From Octopus bimaculoides (lineage: Eukaryota), in contig NC_068985.1 in NCBI RefSeq assembly GCF_001194135.2, positions 20,920,835 through 20,984,834 of the forward strand: a stretch of 64,000 bases of DNA, given 5' to 3'. Of this stretch, positions 25,831 through 39,086 are shown one piece after another (within the stretch, counting starts at the first letter, position 1; the number at the start of each line of letters is the position of its first letter). Under the pieces are notes generated by a model. The model made no database searches, had not been told where the DNA came from, and worked only from the letters and a program-made list of their open reading frames with translations. Both the position numbers and the translations under genes were made by a program.

Positions 25831-26368
25831 AAAACTACAGCTTTTTTATTGTCAACCTGATAGCACACTTTTCTAAACTAAACTATGTATGCATATACAA
25901 ATGTAATGGTTGGAATATGATCTTTGAACATCTGAATAACAAACATAATTTGATGTTTCAAATTATCTTGCTTGCTTTCAGATGACACAAAACTGAGATA
26001 CTTAATATATAAAATATAGAGAGAAATTACAGCTTAAACTTACTACCAACTTTTTACTTTCTACTTCCATGGCCTTTAGCAGAATGACGTGATTTAAAAT
26101 ACTGAAATAGAATATTTGGGGTTCATAAGTAGATTTAGAACCATCATTAGTCTATTGATGTAACAATGTTTCCTGCAACATGTTTATAAAAACTTCTTGG
26201 CATGCAAACAAATATACCTTGCTTCAGACTCCCTATTTACTCTCATATTAAATGACAAACAAACATTTTGGCCCGATTCCAATGTCGTCATCATCCTTAT
26301 TTTTATTGTTGTTCAGCTTTAGAACAGTGATTTTCTTTAGCTAAATATGAGCATCAGCATCTCAACAT

Positions 26369-26401
<33 letters not shown>

Positions 26402-26423
26402 GTAGTAGTAGTAGTAGTAGTGG
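26369..26423. repeat. Loop-less palindrome CC(ACT)10(AGT)7GG
   Basis: (ACT)10 at 26371-26400 directly abuts (AGT)7 at 26401-26421. Confidence 0.95.
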
Positions 26424-26479
26424 TTTTTATTTGTGGTGTATATTGCTTTACAAACATCAATAAACAACAAAAATAATAT

Positions 26480-27330
26480 TTTCTGATACATTTTGTAAAA
26501 AGGGTAAACTGAATTAACCCCCAGTATATTACTGGTACTTAGTTTATTGAAGGTTAAGTCATCCTCAGCTGGATTTACTATAAGATTGTAAAGGGATGTA
26601 ACTAAATACCATTAGGCATTTTTCCAATATTCTACAATCTTGTCATTCTACCATTTTTTAATAATGATAATAATAATCCTTTCTACAATAGACACAAGAC
26701 CTGAAATTTTGTAAATAGGAGTTTAGTTAATTACAGCAACCTCAGTATTTCACTGGCACTTATTTTATCGACCCTGAAAGGATGAAAGGCAAAGTCAAAC
26801 TCTGTGGCATTTGAGCTAAGGATATAAAACCAGAAGAAATGATACAAAGCAATTCTTCCAGCTTACCTTACACTAACTGTTGTTGATGATGATGCTTGGG
26901 GTGAACAGACATGTGTAACACAGCTTGGGGAAAGTATTGGGTTTAGGATTGTTGTTTGATTCGTTATTATATTGCCCCCAAAAGGTTGAAAGGTAAAGTT
27001 GACTTCAATGGGGATTGAACTCAAATCATAAAGAACCAAAACAAATCCGCTTAGCATTTTGTTTTGTGTGCTAATAATTCTGCCCACTCACCACTTTAAT
27101 AATAATAATAATAATAACCATTCTACTAAGGTACAATGTCTGAAATTCGGGGGAAGGGGACTAGTCAATTACATTGACCCCAGTGTTTCACTGGTACTTA
27201 ATTTATCAACCCCGAATGGATGAAAGGCAAAGATGACCTCAGCAGGATTTGAATTCAGAACATAAAAACGTGCATAGTACTGCTAAGCTTTTGTCCAGCA
27301 TGCTAAGGATTTTGCCTGCTCACCCACCTT
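26480..27330 (-). mobile_element. Cluster of four same-orientation family B SINE copies or fragments
   Basis: Family B body recurs at about 26480-26640, 26670-26865, 26960-27095 and 27110-27330, separated by (AAT)n tails. Confidence 0.8.
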
Positions 27331-27950
27331 AATAACTATAATAATAATAATAATAATGATGATAACAATAATGCTGATGATGATAACTATAATCCAATAA
27401 TCTCTTCAGTGTTAATTGAATATAAATATTTCCACCTACAGACAATTTTCGGATAAGAGTGAAAGCATTACCTAACATCTGGCAATAACTAAATGCAAGA
27501 AGGGTGGCCTTAAAATAGACTGTAAGGTGTAACAAATGATATGATTTGATTATCATAGTAAATACCTTTAGCGTGTGATATATTAATAGATGTGGGTTAA
27601 TAATTATGTTACTGAGTTCAATTTTTCATCTGCCTTAAGGTAGTAAAATTTATAATAAGTGATATCTCAGTATTAAGCAAATTTTTTGATTAGAAAAATA
27701 TTTGCTTCTCACTCTGAATTTGCTTATGTTTTTGTTTTGTTTCTTCCAGTGAATCTTAATTTTTTGCTTATGTTTTTGTTGTGCCATCTGGAAAGTAGCA
27801 CAAAGTTGGTAGGAACTGAACATTGTGTACTCAGTGCTAGCAATACATGTTCAAAAGGTGCAGTGGGATTTATGACAGATGATGAAGGAACCATAGATTT
27901 GAATGACTCAGATGTACAGGAGCTGTTAACAATACTTTCTGTTATCTTAA

Positions 27951-28160
27951 GGCAGTGAGCTGGTAGAATCGTTAGCATGCCAGGCAAAATGCTTAGCGGC
28001 ATTCGTCCACAGTTACACTCTGAGTTCAAATTCTGCCAAGGTTGATTTTATCTTTCATCCCATTCAGCATCAATAAAATAAGTACCAGTTGAATACTGGG
28101 GTCGATGTAATTGACTTAACACCTCCTCAAACTTGCTGGCCTTGTACCAAAATTTGAAAT
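27951..28160 (+). mobile_element. SINE family B
   Basis: Head GGCAGTGAGCTGGTAGAATCGTTAGC; about 20-bp TSD AATACTTTCTGTTATCTTAA / AATATTTTCTGTTAGCTTAA with 2 mismatches. Confidence 0.88.
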
Positions 28161-28512
28161 CAATATTTTCTGTTAGCTTAACTGGAAATAAGTTCAAGAA
28201 ACTAGTTTTTTTAGCAACAAAGATATTTGCATATAATGAGCATCTTTTATGAAGTACATGCAAAAATAGTGATGCTGCATGGTATTGAAACATAAACACA
28301 GAATGCATTAGCCAAAATGTGCAGAAGAGATAACTGGTTGAACATATGATACAAATGGGCAGTGAATGCTGGAGGGGAGAAAATTAATCGGTATGGTTGA
28401 TCAATTCATAGAAAAACAAGAAAACATTTACTAATGGTGAGATTTTATACATTTAGTACAGTGAAATAAATTAATCATTTTGAATTGACTGGGTCTTTGA
28501 GCAAATATCTTA

Positions 28513-28567
28513 TATTATAGCCCTGGGCCAACAACTAAAGCTTTGTGAGTGAATTTGGTACATGGAA

Positions 28568-28609
<42 letters not shown>

Positions 28610-28855
28610 TACATGTGTGAGTGTGTGTACGTTTGTGCCTCTTTGTTTTGATATTGTGTAATTGTTGTAAATGTATGTTATTCCTTTCCAATATTCTGTG
28701 AAAACTTGTTTGGCCATGGAGAAATATTACCTTGCTTGGAAAGAGATAAAAGTTGGCATCGGGAAGGGCATCCAGCCATTGAAAATTTGTCTCAATTAAT
28801 TCCAGTGAACCTATGCAAACAAGGAAAGGTTGGTGGTGAAAATGATGATGGGGGT
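28513..28855 (+). mobile_element. SINE with a family A body, (TG)n and a GAT-tail 3' segment
   Basis: AAAGCTTTGTGAGTGAATTTGGTA..(TG)n..GAAATATTACCTTGCTTGG..GGAAGGGCATCCAGCC; similar element at 44510-44930. Confidence 0.7.
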
Positions 28856-29455
28856 GTTTCTGTACAGTTCTCATTTATCCAATTCCACTCACAGCATGTT
28901 AGACAAGTCAAGGTTGTAGTGGCAAACACATGCTAGAAGCACCCTATAAATGATGCTTACATTTTCTTAGCCATCTAGTGTGACTTAGATGGTGTATTGA
29001 ATCAGTTGACTCTGTTCTCTAGATTAACTGGAGCAGAGTTGTTTAGGCTGTTCAAAACAAGCAACATACCATTTGCTTTCTTTACAATCCATGTCAAAAT
29101 ACGAAAGAAGAAATAACTATGCCAGCTTAAATATGCACATTTTCAAGTGAAGTGTAAAATCCAAGCTAACACAGAGAGATAACTTAGTATGCATGCTATT
29201 TTTGCTGGTAATTTAATGGTGTATATTCTAGGTTTATTTCTTTCTCTTGGGAATTTTCATCTCTTGAGTCAATGATCAACGAGATCTTAAAGAGACTATT
29301 CATTAAGAAATTCATTCACATGTTCTAAATTTGCAGAGCTGTCTAACTTTCATGATATTTCTGAAACATAAAATCAATGCTGATTTTCTTTCTCTACACT
29401 TGCAATATTCTGATTTTCAGAAAAATATATTTTTCTAATCTGTTTTATGAATATT

Positions 29456-29674
29456 GATTTCAAATTTTGGCACAAGGTCAACAATTTTGGAACGGAGGAT
29501 AAGTTGATTGCATCGACCCCAGTGTTCAACTAGTATTTCTTTTAGTGCCCTACCCCAAAACGATAAAAGGCAAAGTCAACCTTGGCGGAATTTGAACTCA
29601 GATCGTAGAGATAGATGAAATGTTGCTAAGCATTTTGCCCAGTGTGCTTACAATTCTGCCAGCTCACCACCTTC
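29456..29674 (-). mobile_element. SINE family B
   Basis: Family B body; 18-bp TSD ATCTGTTTTATGAATATT / ATCTGTTTTATAAATATT with 1 mismatch. Confidence 0.88.
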
Positions 29675-29696
29675 ATCTGTTTTATAAATATTAACA

Positions 29697-29867
29697 GGCA
29701 CAGGAGTGGCTGTGTGATAAGTAGCTTGCTTACCAACCACATGGTTCCAGGGTCAGTCCCACTGCGTGGCACCTTGGGCAAGTGTCTTCTACTATAGCCT
29801 TGGGCTGACCAAAGCCTTGTGAGTGGATTTGATAGACGGAAACTGAAAGAAGCCTGTCGTATATATG

Positions 29868-29924
<57 letters not shown>

Positions 29925-30125
29925 GTGTGTGTATATGTTTGTGTGTCTGTGTTTGTCCCCCCAACATCGCTGGTGTTTTTACATCCTTGTAATCTAGCAG
30001 TTCAGCAAAAGAGACCGATAGAATAAGTACTAGGCTTACAAAGAATAAGTCCTGGGGTCGATTTGCTCGACTAAAGGTGGTGCTCCCGCATGGTCACAAT
30101 TAAATGACTGAAACACGTAAAAGAG
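29697..30125 (+). mobile_element. SINE family A, full length
   Basis: tRNA-like head (GGCACAGGAGTGGCTGTGTGATAAG..GGTCAGTCCCAC), body, internal (TA)n and 3' arm ending GACTGAAACACGTAAAAGAG. Confidence 0.9.
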
Positions 30126-30174
30126 TATCTGTTCTCCACATTTCTACAATTGATTCCATGATTTCTCTTTACAG

Positions 30175-30339
30175 GTCAAGAGATTGACCCTGTCTACAGT
30201 TTGCTGAAATGTGCTGCCGATTTACCAAAAACTAATAGATCCTGTACCCACACTCACTGCACTGGTCACCATGCTCGACACAGCCAAGGGGATACTGCAT
30301 GTGGTAATACCTCTAAAAACTCCAGTCCGTCTTCATCAG
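30175..30339 (+). CDS. 165-nt symmetric phase-1 exon ((G)QEIDPVYSLLKCAADLPKTNRSCTHTHCTGHHARHSQGDTACGNTSKNSSPSSS)
   Basis: TTTCTCTTTACAG acceptor, CAG/GTAATG donor, 55 open codons, raised GC, phase compatible with neighbouring exons. Confidence 0.88.
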
Positions 30340-32140
30340 GTAATGTCCTATGTTATTCTTTTTCTATAGAAAATGCATCAGCTATGCTATAAATAGAATA
30401 CGAAATATTACAATTTTCATTGTACAGAGATTTAGCCATTTGTTTCATTCCTTTTTACATGCCATTTTTCTATTTTTAACTATGCTTAAAATTAAATTTA
30501 TGCCTTCGTTATTCAACCTAACTGTAATTCATAACCAGCACAGTAATTGCTCGCCTCTCACCCTTCTCTCACTCTCTCTCTCAAACATAGATGTTGCATA
30601 TATATATATATATACTATTACATTAAGGGCTGTTACTATAAGTAAAGCTACATGCTGGAAAGGGACGCTAAAGTCAAACTACTTTATCAAAAATTCCCTT
30701 TCTAGCATGTGGCTTTGCTTACAATAACACCCCTTAATGTAATAATGTATTTTTTTTTAAATTATATACTTAGTGTTAATTTTTTACCTTAACTGGTTTT
30801 ACACACTGGCTACTTGATAAAATCTTATATAATCTTATATATCCAGTTAGTTTTCCAAAGTCAGAAAACAAGCATACACAAGAGTTGCCAATACTGCCAA
30901 ATGCAATAATTAGCATAAAACCAATGATAACAGTTTCACTAGTTATATTTATATGCCACAACCAGTAATATACTGCCGATGATATATATACATGTGTGTG
31001 TGTGTATTATTTTGTAAGATTCCTGATGTGAAATATGTTGAAACAGTTATTGTTATATTCTGGGCAGGTCATTTTTTTTTTTTTTGGCTAAATAACTGCA
31101 CACACACACTATATATACTCATTCTTCACTTCAGATTTATTATTGTTCTTATTTTAATGTCCTTTGTCTGAAATCTTTCATCATACTTTCTGTGACCTCT
31201 TCAGTGACTCTCCATATCCTTTTGTCCTGTTTGGTCCATTATATATGCATATATGTATGTATTCTTTAACTTAGATTAGATTCACAGATACCATTCTACT
31301 GAAACTGATACTAGACCAATAATATAAAATGTCTCTTCTTAAAGGGTCTGTATTTAAATTAAAGCAGTCCATCATAATTTCATGTAATAATCTGCTAGTA
31401 TGTTAGATTAACCTAATCCTAGCTTTAAGTTAGGTTCTAAACACCGCCTTGATAATGGAAAGTTAATTATTTTATTAAATCCTTCAATATAGCTGATTAT
31501 TTTCAGTATTAAATGAAACATTTAATTAGTGTATTTCATTGGAAATTATTGTCCCTATAGTGTTAAAGTCCATTATTCTGATATATTAATTTCAATGTTG
31601 CTTAAGTTAATTTCAATAAAAATGATGATATTAAGTCTGTGCTAGCCTTGCTAATTTGCTTCTCAATTGCCATGGTTTCCTAGAATCATCATAGTTTCTA
31701 CTTTTTTACATTAGAAAACATCAATATTATCTCATAGAAACATATTATTTTTCATATTTGTACCATATGTTTTTGCAATTACTCTTCATTATTTCTTATA
31801 TAATCCGAGTAATTCAATGTCTCTTAAATATATCTTTCTTGTATATAAATCCTTTTACGTATACATGGCATGTTATAAAGACAATCCTTTAATTTCTCCA
31901 GTGTTTGAGTCATGTGTCTCCCTCTTCCTTTGTTTATATCTATGCAATGTAAAAGTATTGCGTTGTTCTTACACACTATTTTGATCTTATATAATCTTAC
32001 ATAAACATTTATTGTTTGTCTTGTTGGCTGTTCATTCACTGCGCAGAGGAATTTAGTTTTATCTTTGCCTTATGTTTAGAAAGAGGTTTCAAATAAAATA
32101 TTCCACTGGAATTTATACCTTAAGGTTCAAAGATTGTCTT

Positions 32141-32213
32141 CACTTCAAGTATAATAGTAATGACACTTCAGGTATAATAGTAATGACACTTCAGATATAA
32201 TAGTAATGACACT
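32141..32213. repeat. 23-bp minisatellite, 3 copies
   Basis: CACTTCAAGTATAATAGTAATGA repeated three times with 1-2 substitutions. Confidence 0.92.
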
Positions 32214-34764
32214 GTTGGGCTAATGAAACTTGTATAGTTCTCAGTCAAGTGGCTATCAATGTTCCATACTGATGTTTTTATATTCATTTCTGTTTTGTAC
32301 TTGTCTGATAACAAAGAGTAGTTAATTATCATTGTCTGCATAAAATTATATTGAGTTACATACGTTATTTAGATGAGTTTATCATTCTTCAGCTGCTCTA
32401 GAGGTGACTAATATTATCAACTTAAATATTCTAAGCCCTCATTGGAAATCTCATTCTTAAAGTATCATCTGTGTAATATGGTGACAGCTAACCCAAATAC
32501 TCTTCTATTTAGTTTTCTATATCTAATCACAAATTGCTTTATACCCTGTAGTTTGGTTTTATGTAGAATATCCAAAGATGTCATTTAAGATATTCAATCA
32601 CTGCCATTATCCAAATGGTTTTTTTATTATCGTTTTCCCAAGATGCCTCTTGGAATAACATTGAGATATTTAAGATGGATAAAATATCTTTATTGAATTA
32701 GCGAAAACAATGAAAAACGGATAGAGAGAGATGAAAGTGAGGAGAGGGAGAGATATTTGAAATCTATAAAAGATATAACAGTGTAGGTACTTTCTTCAGT
32801 ACACTTTTCTTTTTTGCATCGTTTTCTCCAATTTCTATTATTTTGCTATTGTACTATCATATCAATTGTTCTTTCAAAGAAAACAAAATGAAATGGTTTT
32901 CATTTTGTTATTTTCATATAAAATCTTACTATTCATAATGAACCTTTCAGAATTTTATTTTTATTTTCTAAACCGCTCAGGTTTATTAAACACAACTTTA
33001 AAAAAAAAAAAACGTATTGCAATATATCTATTTGCTTCTTTATTTTTTAAATACCACAGTCATGTAGATATTTCAACTGTATTTATAATATACTGCAGTT
33101 CAGGCATAAATTTTATTTTGTCTTTGTCTTTTTAAAATCACTAATATAAATTTATGTACGTCAATATATAAACCCTTTATTTCTACTCAGCATATTATAT
33201 ATTCATGCTTACAGAAAATAATTGTATTTCTTGTAACTGTAGTTTTCAAATCAAAGATATCAACAACTCACTACTAACTCAGCAATATTTTAAGTTGTTT
33301 TAATTTTTGTGTTGAAATCAGGTACAATGCAGACATTATTTCTACCCAGTGGACACACATTAAAGTTCTAAGTGGGTTTTTCTCTTACTTCAAAATGTTG
33401 TGCTGTTCAGGAACATAACATTTTTTTCTTTCTGTCATCAGTTTTATCAAATCATACAATGTTTTTGGCACTGTCTTTATAATAACTTTAGCATGCAGAG
33501 TATTTTGTATATTCATAATGCAATGTCTTATTAACCACTGGATACATTGAAAACTGAAGTATGGTAAAGACAAATTTACCAAGTAGTACCCAACTTTCTC
33601 TAAGCCATTAACTACAAACAAATTTGTTGGCATGAAGCCTGTCGTTTTAGAATGTAAGTGAAAAGTTGTAACATTCAGGCATTTTCTAAGGAGAAAATAA
33701 AAAAAATGACTCCAACTAACAATCAACTATTGTTGTTGACTAGGGTGTGTGTATTTGTGTGTATGTGTGTGTGTGTGCAAGTGGTAACTGTTAAAGAAAA
33801 TATATCTTATTTTATTTACATTTTTATGAAGCAATATTTATTCAAAATGAAGAAAAAAAATGAAAAATCATAAATATAATTTTAAATATGTAATATGTAA
33901 AGAAATTTACAGATATTTACAGTTTTGAAGTTAATTGTGATTTTGATTTCATTGCACTCTTATATATTTGATTTACTTTTTTTTTAAGGCCTTTGTTTTC
34001 CTAATTTCTGTTTGTTACCAAATTTATGGAATTCACCTTCATCAACAATTGCGATTGTAATCCATTTTCAGTGAAAAAAACGTAATGCTTTTCTTATTGC
34101 AGGAAATTCATTCACAACCACTTTCTCTTTTGTAATGAATTTTTCTTGTTTTTTTTTTCTTTTTAATTTCATTTATTTAACAATTTTTGTTTTTTTATAT
34201 AAAAGAAAAAGAGAGAGAAAAGGAAATAGTTTGTAGTTTGACTGATCTCACAGAAATTATGTAAATGATGTTAAGAAAAATTATAAATTTTTTTTAGTCT
34301 TCTTCATTTTTTTATATTCTATTCCCATCTTATGGTTTACTTATTCCCATATTTCTAGTCTACACTTCAATCATGATGCTTTATTTATTATTTGTTGGAA
34401 TATTTTGTTTTTGATTTTTTTGTTATTCATAGATATTCTTTAGATCACTCCATAAGACATCTTTTAAAAAAGAACAACAATTATCTCACAAAGACATCTC
34501 AGTTTACAGTTTCCAATAATATTGATCAAAATATAAAACAAAACCTTTTATTTTATCTAAGCATCTAAACATCAATTGAGATAAATAAAACAGAACTAGA
34601 AATATTTTCACAGATTCTGTTTTGAAAAAGACCTAAAAACACATACATACTAGTTGGATTAAAATGTTTTTATTACTATGACAATTAGCCTAATGTCTAA
34701 TCAATGAAAACATCAACACTGCTTTCCTAACATCTATTCAGTTTTAAATCATTTATGTACACAC

Positions 34765-34809
<45 letters not shown>

Positions 34810-37800
34810 NNNNNNNNNNNNNNNNNNNNNNNNNNNNNNNNNNNNNNNNNNNNNNNNNNNNNNNNNNNNNNNNNNNNNNNNNNNNNNNNNNNNNNNNNNN
34901 NNNNNNNNNNNNNNNNNNNNNNNNNNNNNNNNNNNNNNNNNNNNNNNNNNNNNNNNNNNNNNNNNNNNNNNNNNNNNNNNNNNNNNNNNNNNNNNNNNNN
35001 NNNNNNNNNNNNNNNNNNNNNNNNNNNNNNNNNNNNNNNNNNNNNNNNNNNNNNNNNNNNNNNNNNNNNNNNNNNNNNNNNNNNNNNNNNNNNNNNNNNN
35101 NNNNNNNNNNNNNNNNNNNNNNNNNNNNNNNNNNNNNNNNNNNNNNNNNNNNNNNNNNNNNNNNNNNNNNNNNNNNNNNNNNNNNNNNNNNNNNNNNNNN
35201 NNNNNNNNNNNNNNNNNNNNNNNNNNNNNNNNNNNNNNNNNNNNNNNNNNNNNNNNNNNNNNNNNNNNNNNNNNNNNNNNNNNNNNNNNNNNNNNNNNNN
35301 NNNNNNNNNNNNNNNNNNNNNNNNNNNNNNNNTTTTTTTTTTTTTTTCAATTCCAATATCCTTCTTTTTATTTTACTTGTTTCTTTTCTTTGGTTACACT
35401 TTTCACAAAACATTTTATACTCAGTACAATCCAAATATTTCTTAAAATATATATCAATTTCAAATAACAAAATAATTCTTGCCTAAAATTTAATCGCGTG
35501 AATATTTGTTCTTCAGAATGTTTCAGATATAACATTGCATTTTCCTTCGTCTTCATGGGAACTTTATGATCTCTTCAGAATACAACTTAAAGACAAAATA
35601 GAAAAATATGTTGATGTTCTCAAGTGGTATATGTGTTTATTTTAATATAAAACTTCATTTAATGATAAAATCAGCAATAATCATGGAACATATTCTTTAT
35701 ATTTCCTTGGACATGTCAGTTTTAAATACAACTTCTTTATTTTCCAAAACATATCTTCAAAATATTTTAGATTTCATTAATTTGGAAAAACATTAAATCT
35801 TTTGTAGTCCATATAGAATTACCAAAGTATTTCAACAACCATATTAATGCAATTTCTGTCTCAGGAAATGTTTGTAGAATCCTGTAGATTCTTGTCTGTT
35901 TCATTCTGAAATTCTTAATCAGGCCTCAAATATCTTCAGTGTGAATATATTCAAAATGTTGTAGCTGAACTCTAGTCCCATGCTCAAAATGCAGGATAGT
36001 CATGCAAAACTCTGCCAACCCAATGTTATTCAGAGAATGACATTGAATGCTATTTTAATAAAATGTTAATGTCTTTATGGCATTTCTTACATTGCTATTT
36101 GTAATTTTATTTACAATGATTTATCAATAATTACATTTGAAATAATATCATTATCTATTAGCTGATTCAGGGACTGTTTACTTCTATTTATTATCTCAAA
36201 TTGAAATAGAATCCAAAATAACTTTACAGAAAAACTCAAAGAATTCTTAAAAACAGCAGTACTTTATGGTAATCTACAGTTTTAAACATTTGTCTTTCAT
36301 TTCAATTTTGGTGTATGTCTATATACGGGAGAATGGTAAACTAAATTTAAAGTTTGAAATGAGTGAAGTGATGATCTCTTGCCAACAAATTTCCATTCTG
36401 AGTAGAAATTTATGACTTCACTTTCTAAGTGTAGCTCCTTCTTTCTTTGTGATTTTTATACTTTTTATATGAGAGGGTATTTTATCAATAATCTTTTCTT
36501 TAATTAATCTTGCCATATCTATTTCCATATCAGTCTTTCTCATGAAGTCATTCAACTATCATATTCTTTTATTTTATTTTCATATTAGCTTCAGTATTTG
36601 GTCAGTAGCCATGCTAACACACTACTTTAATGGGTTTTTAGTCGATCAAAGTGGTCCCAATCCTTAATTTAGTTTTGTACTTATTTTATCTGGCTGCTAA
36701 GTTATCATTTTGAATCAAAACATTTAAGGTTTGTTTGTAACCAGCGGTTTCATGTTCCAAACTCATAAACACTGACACCCACCCATACACACGTGCATAT
36801 ATCTGCAGTTTCCATTTATTAAATTCTATTGGCAAGATATTGGGTAAAAATTATTTAATCATTCATTATTTTCTGTCTACATTTTATGATAGCAACTACT
36901 GAATGATACTTAAATTATGAGGTATTTACATTATCCAAAGTCACTTGTGATATGTGACATGCTGGCATCAGTTTGATTGACTTAAGCAAGTAAAATATTT
37001 CTGACAAGGATCTTTACCACTGAAATGCAATGTCTGTAATGATCCAAAATTACAAATAATCACATCAAATGATTACATAGTATTTTAACTTTTAAAAGTA
37101 AAGACAAACCAAATGGAAATTCATTTCTCTGAAGGATAAATTGAAGCAAAATACATACATAACATAAGATTTAAACCAGATATAGACAGCATGTTTTGAA
37201 AAGCAAGCCACATGAGACATTGCTCATCATCAAGTGAGCCATTCTATTAAAACAAATTCGAAGTAATTTTTTATTGGCATGTCAATGACAAAGTCCCATG
37301 GGCTGCAGTTTGCTCATGATTTAAACTCTAGAAAAGAATGTAACTAGAACTGGAAAAGTCAATGTTGCAAACCTACCAATATGGTAAAAAAATGTAAAAT
37401 TATTGAGGATAAATTGAGAAAATGTTTTAGAAGAAAATGACATATCTATTCTGTTGCAACGCAGGTGTTTCAAAATTGAAATCAAATTTGGTCATACATT
37501 ATTTTGCTTCCTTTCAGCAAACTTTTCCTTCTAAAAATGTTTTCTGCTTCTACAAAATTGGAAGATTTACACAACCAAATTTAAATTACATTTTTTGAGA
37601 ATATTGTTAAGTATATTTTCAGGGAAACAATATCCTTTGTTTTGGGGGATTTTTTTCCAAAACTTAGACAATTTTTTTAAAATTTCAGGTAAAATAAATT
37701 ACTATTGAAATATGATGGAATTACCTTAGATCGTTATTGACAAAGTGTCATTTATATTGTATCACCTCCAGTCTTATAATCATGTAATTATTCCTATGAT

Positions 37801-38022
37801 ATAAGTACTGGTTGGCTGCATGATTAAACAATATTTGCTATTATCATTTCACTATGAAAAGTATGTTATAATTAACATACTTCTACAAATAATATACACA
37901 AATCTCATTACAATTAATTATCTACCAATGATCATTTATAACATGATATTCCTGATATGAAATCACAAAACGCTCTTAAAATCTTGATGTTTTATCATAA
38001 TATACTCTCTTGATATCAACAG

Positions 38023-38073
38023 AAGCACCTACATCGAAGCAAAAAGAAAAATTCCCCAGAAAGAAAGATGAAG
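38023..38073 (+). CDS. 51-nt symmetric phase-1 exon ((E)APTSKQKEKFPRKKDE)
   Basis: AACAG acceptor after CTCTCTTG, AAG/GTATGT donor; open in phase 1 and in frame with 30175-30339. Confidence 0.75.
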
Positions 38074-38674
38074 GTATGTAAGTCTGCCCAGCTGCAGCAT
38101 CGATGCATCATGTTTTTAATCCTGGTTGTATTTTGCTTTCCTTTCAAATAGCTTTTGGCTTGGGTTTGGTAATTTTTCATTTTTTTTTTTGTTTCTTTGT
38201 AACATTTTTTCTCAACCCATGTAGTATGGTTTCTTACATTTTTTTTTTTCAATGGTGGTGGTAATGGTGTTTGAATCCAACAACTTAGAAGTTTTCTACT
38301 AATAGCATTGGCATGAACAAACTAGAGTGCTTGCTGGAAAAGACTAACCATTTAGTTTCTCTTTTATTTCTTTGTTTTACATGTGTTTAGAAGCTCGTCA
38401 TTTTGCAGTAGGTTTAGTCTCCGCTTTTCCTTTAGAAACTAGTCTGTCATGTTTTCTTCTCCATTCCAAAAACCATTATGATCATGCTACATCCCAATAT
38501 CGGTTACATATTACCACTTGTTATTGCAGTTATGCTCTTTTTAGTTTGACAAAGAAAAACCCTCATGGGTCTAGAAAAGGTGGATGTCTGAAATTTGTAC
38601 ATAGTATTTTAACTAATATTAGTCTTTTGAAAAGTTATGTGTGCTTATGTGTACCAATAAGTGCATATGTAATA

Positions 38675-38717
<43 letters not shown>

Positions 38718-39086
38718 GTGCTTATGTGTGAATGTGAGTATGTCTGTATAAGTGAGTATGAGATGTTTTGGCTTAGCCATTTTGGCGTCACTCATTTGGT
38801 GTCGCTGACTTACTTGACATCAAACATTTTAATGTTGTTTCTCTCCCTGTTTCTCTTTGTCTATGTATGTGAGCATCTAATTATGTTTGTATGTATGTGT
38901 AATGTTTCTCTTTCTCTCTCTTACTCTCTATCTGTATGTGTGTGTTTCTGCATGTGCATGTGTGGATGGGTGCCTCCAGTGTCAAAATATGCTGCTGCCA
39001 AAACATATTGAATGGCCAAACAGCCACGCCCAATCATCTCATTCTGTATGTGTGTATGTATACGTATATATTTAGAATGTAGCTTG

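Noticed and set aside
29697-29775. tRNA-like A/B box region
   Set aside because: It is the head of a SINE repeated many times in the window, not a tRNA gene.
32141-32213. Short repeated units as a possible CRISPR array
   Set aside because: Units are contiguous with no unique spacers, in eukaryotic context with no cas genes.
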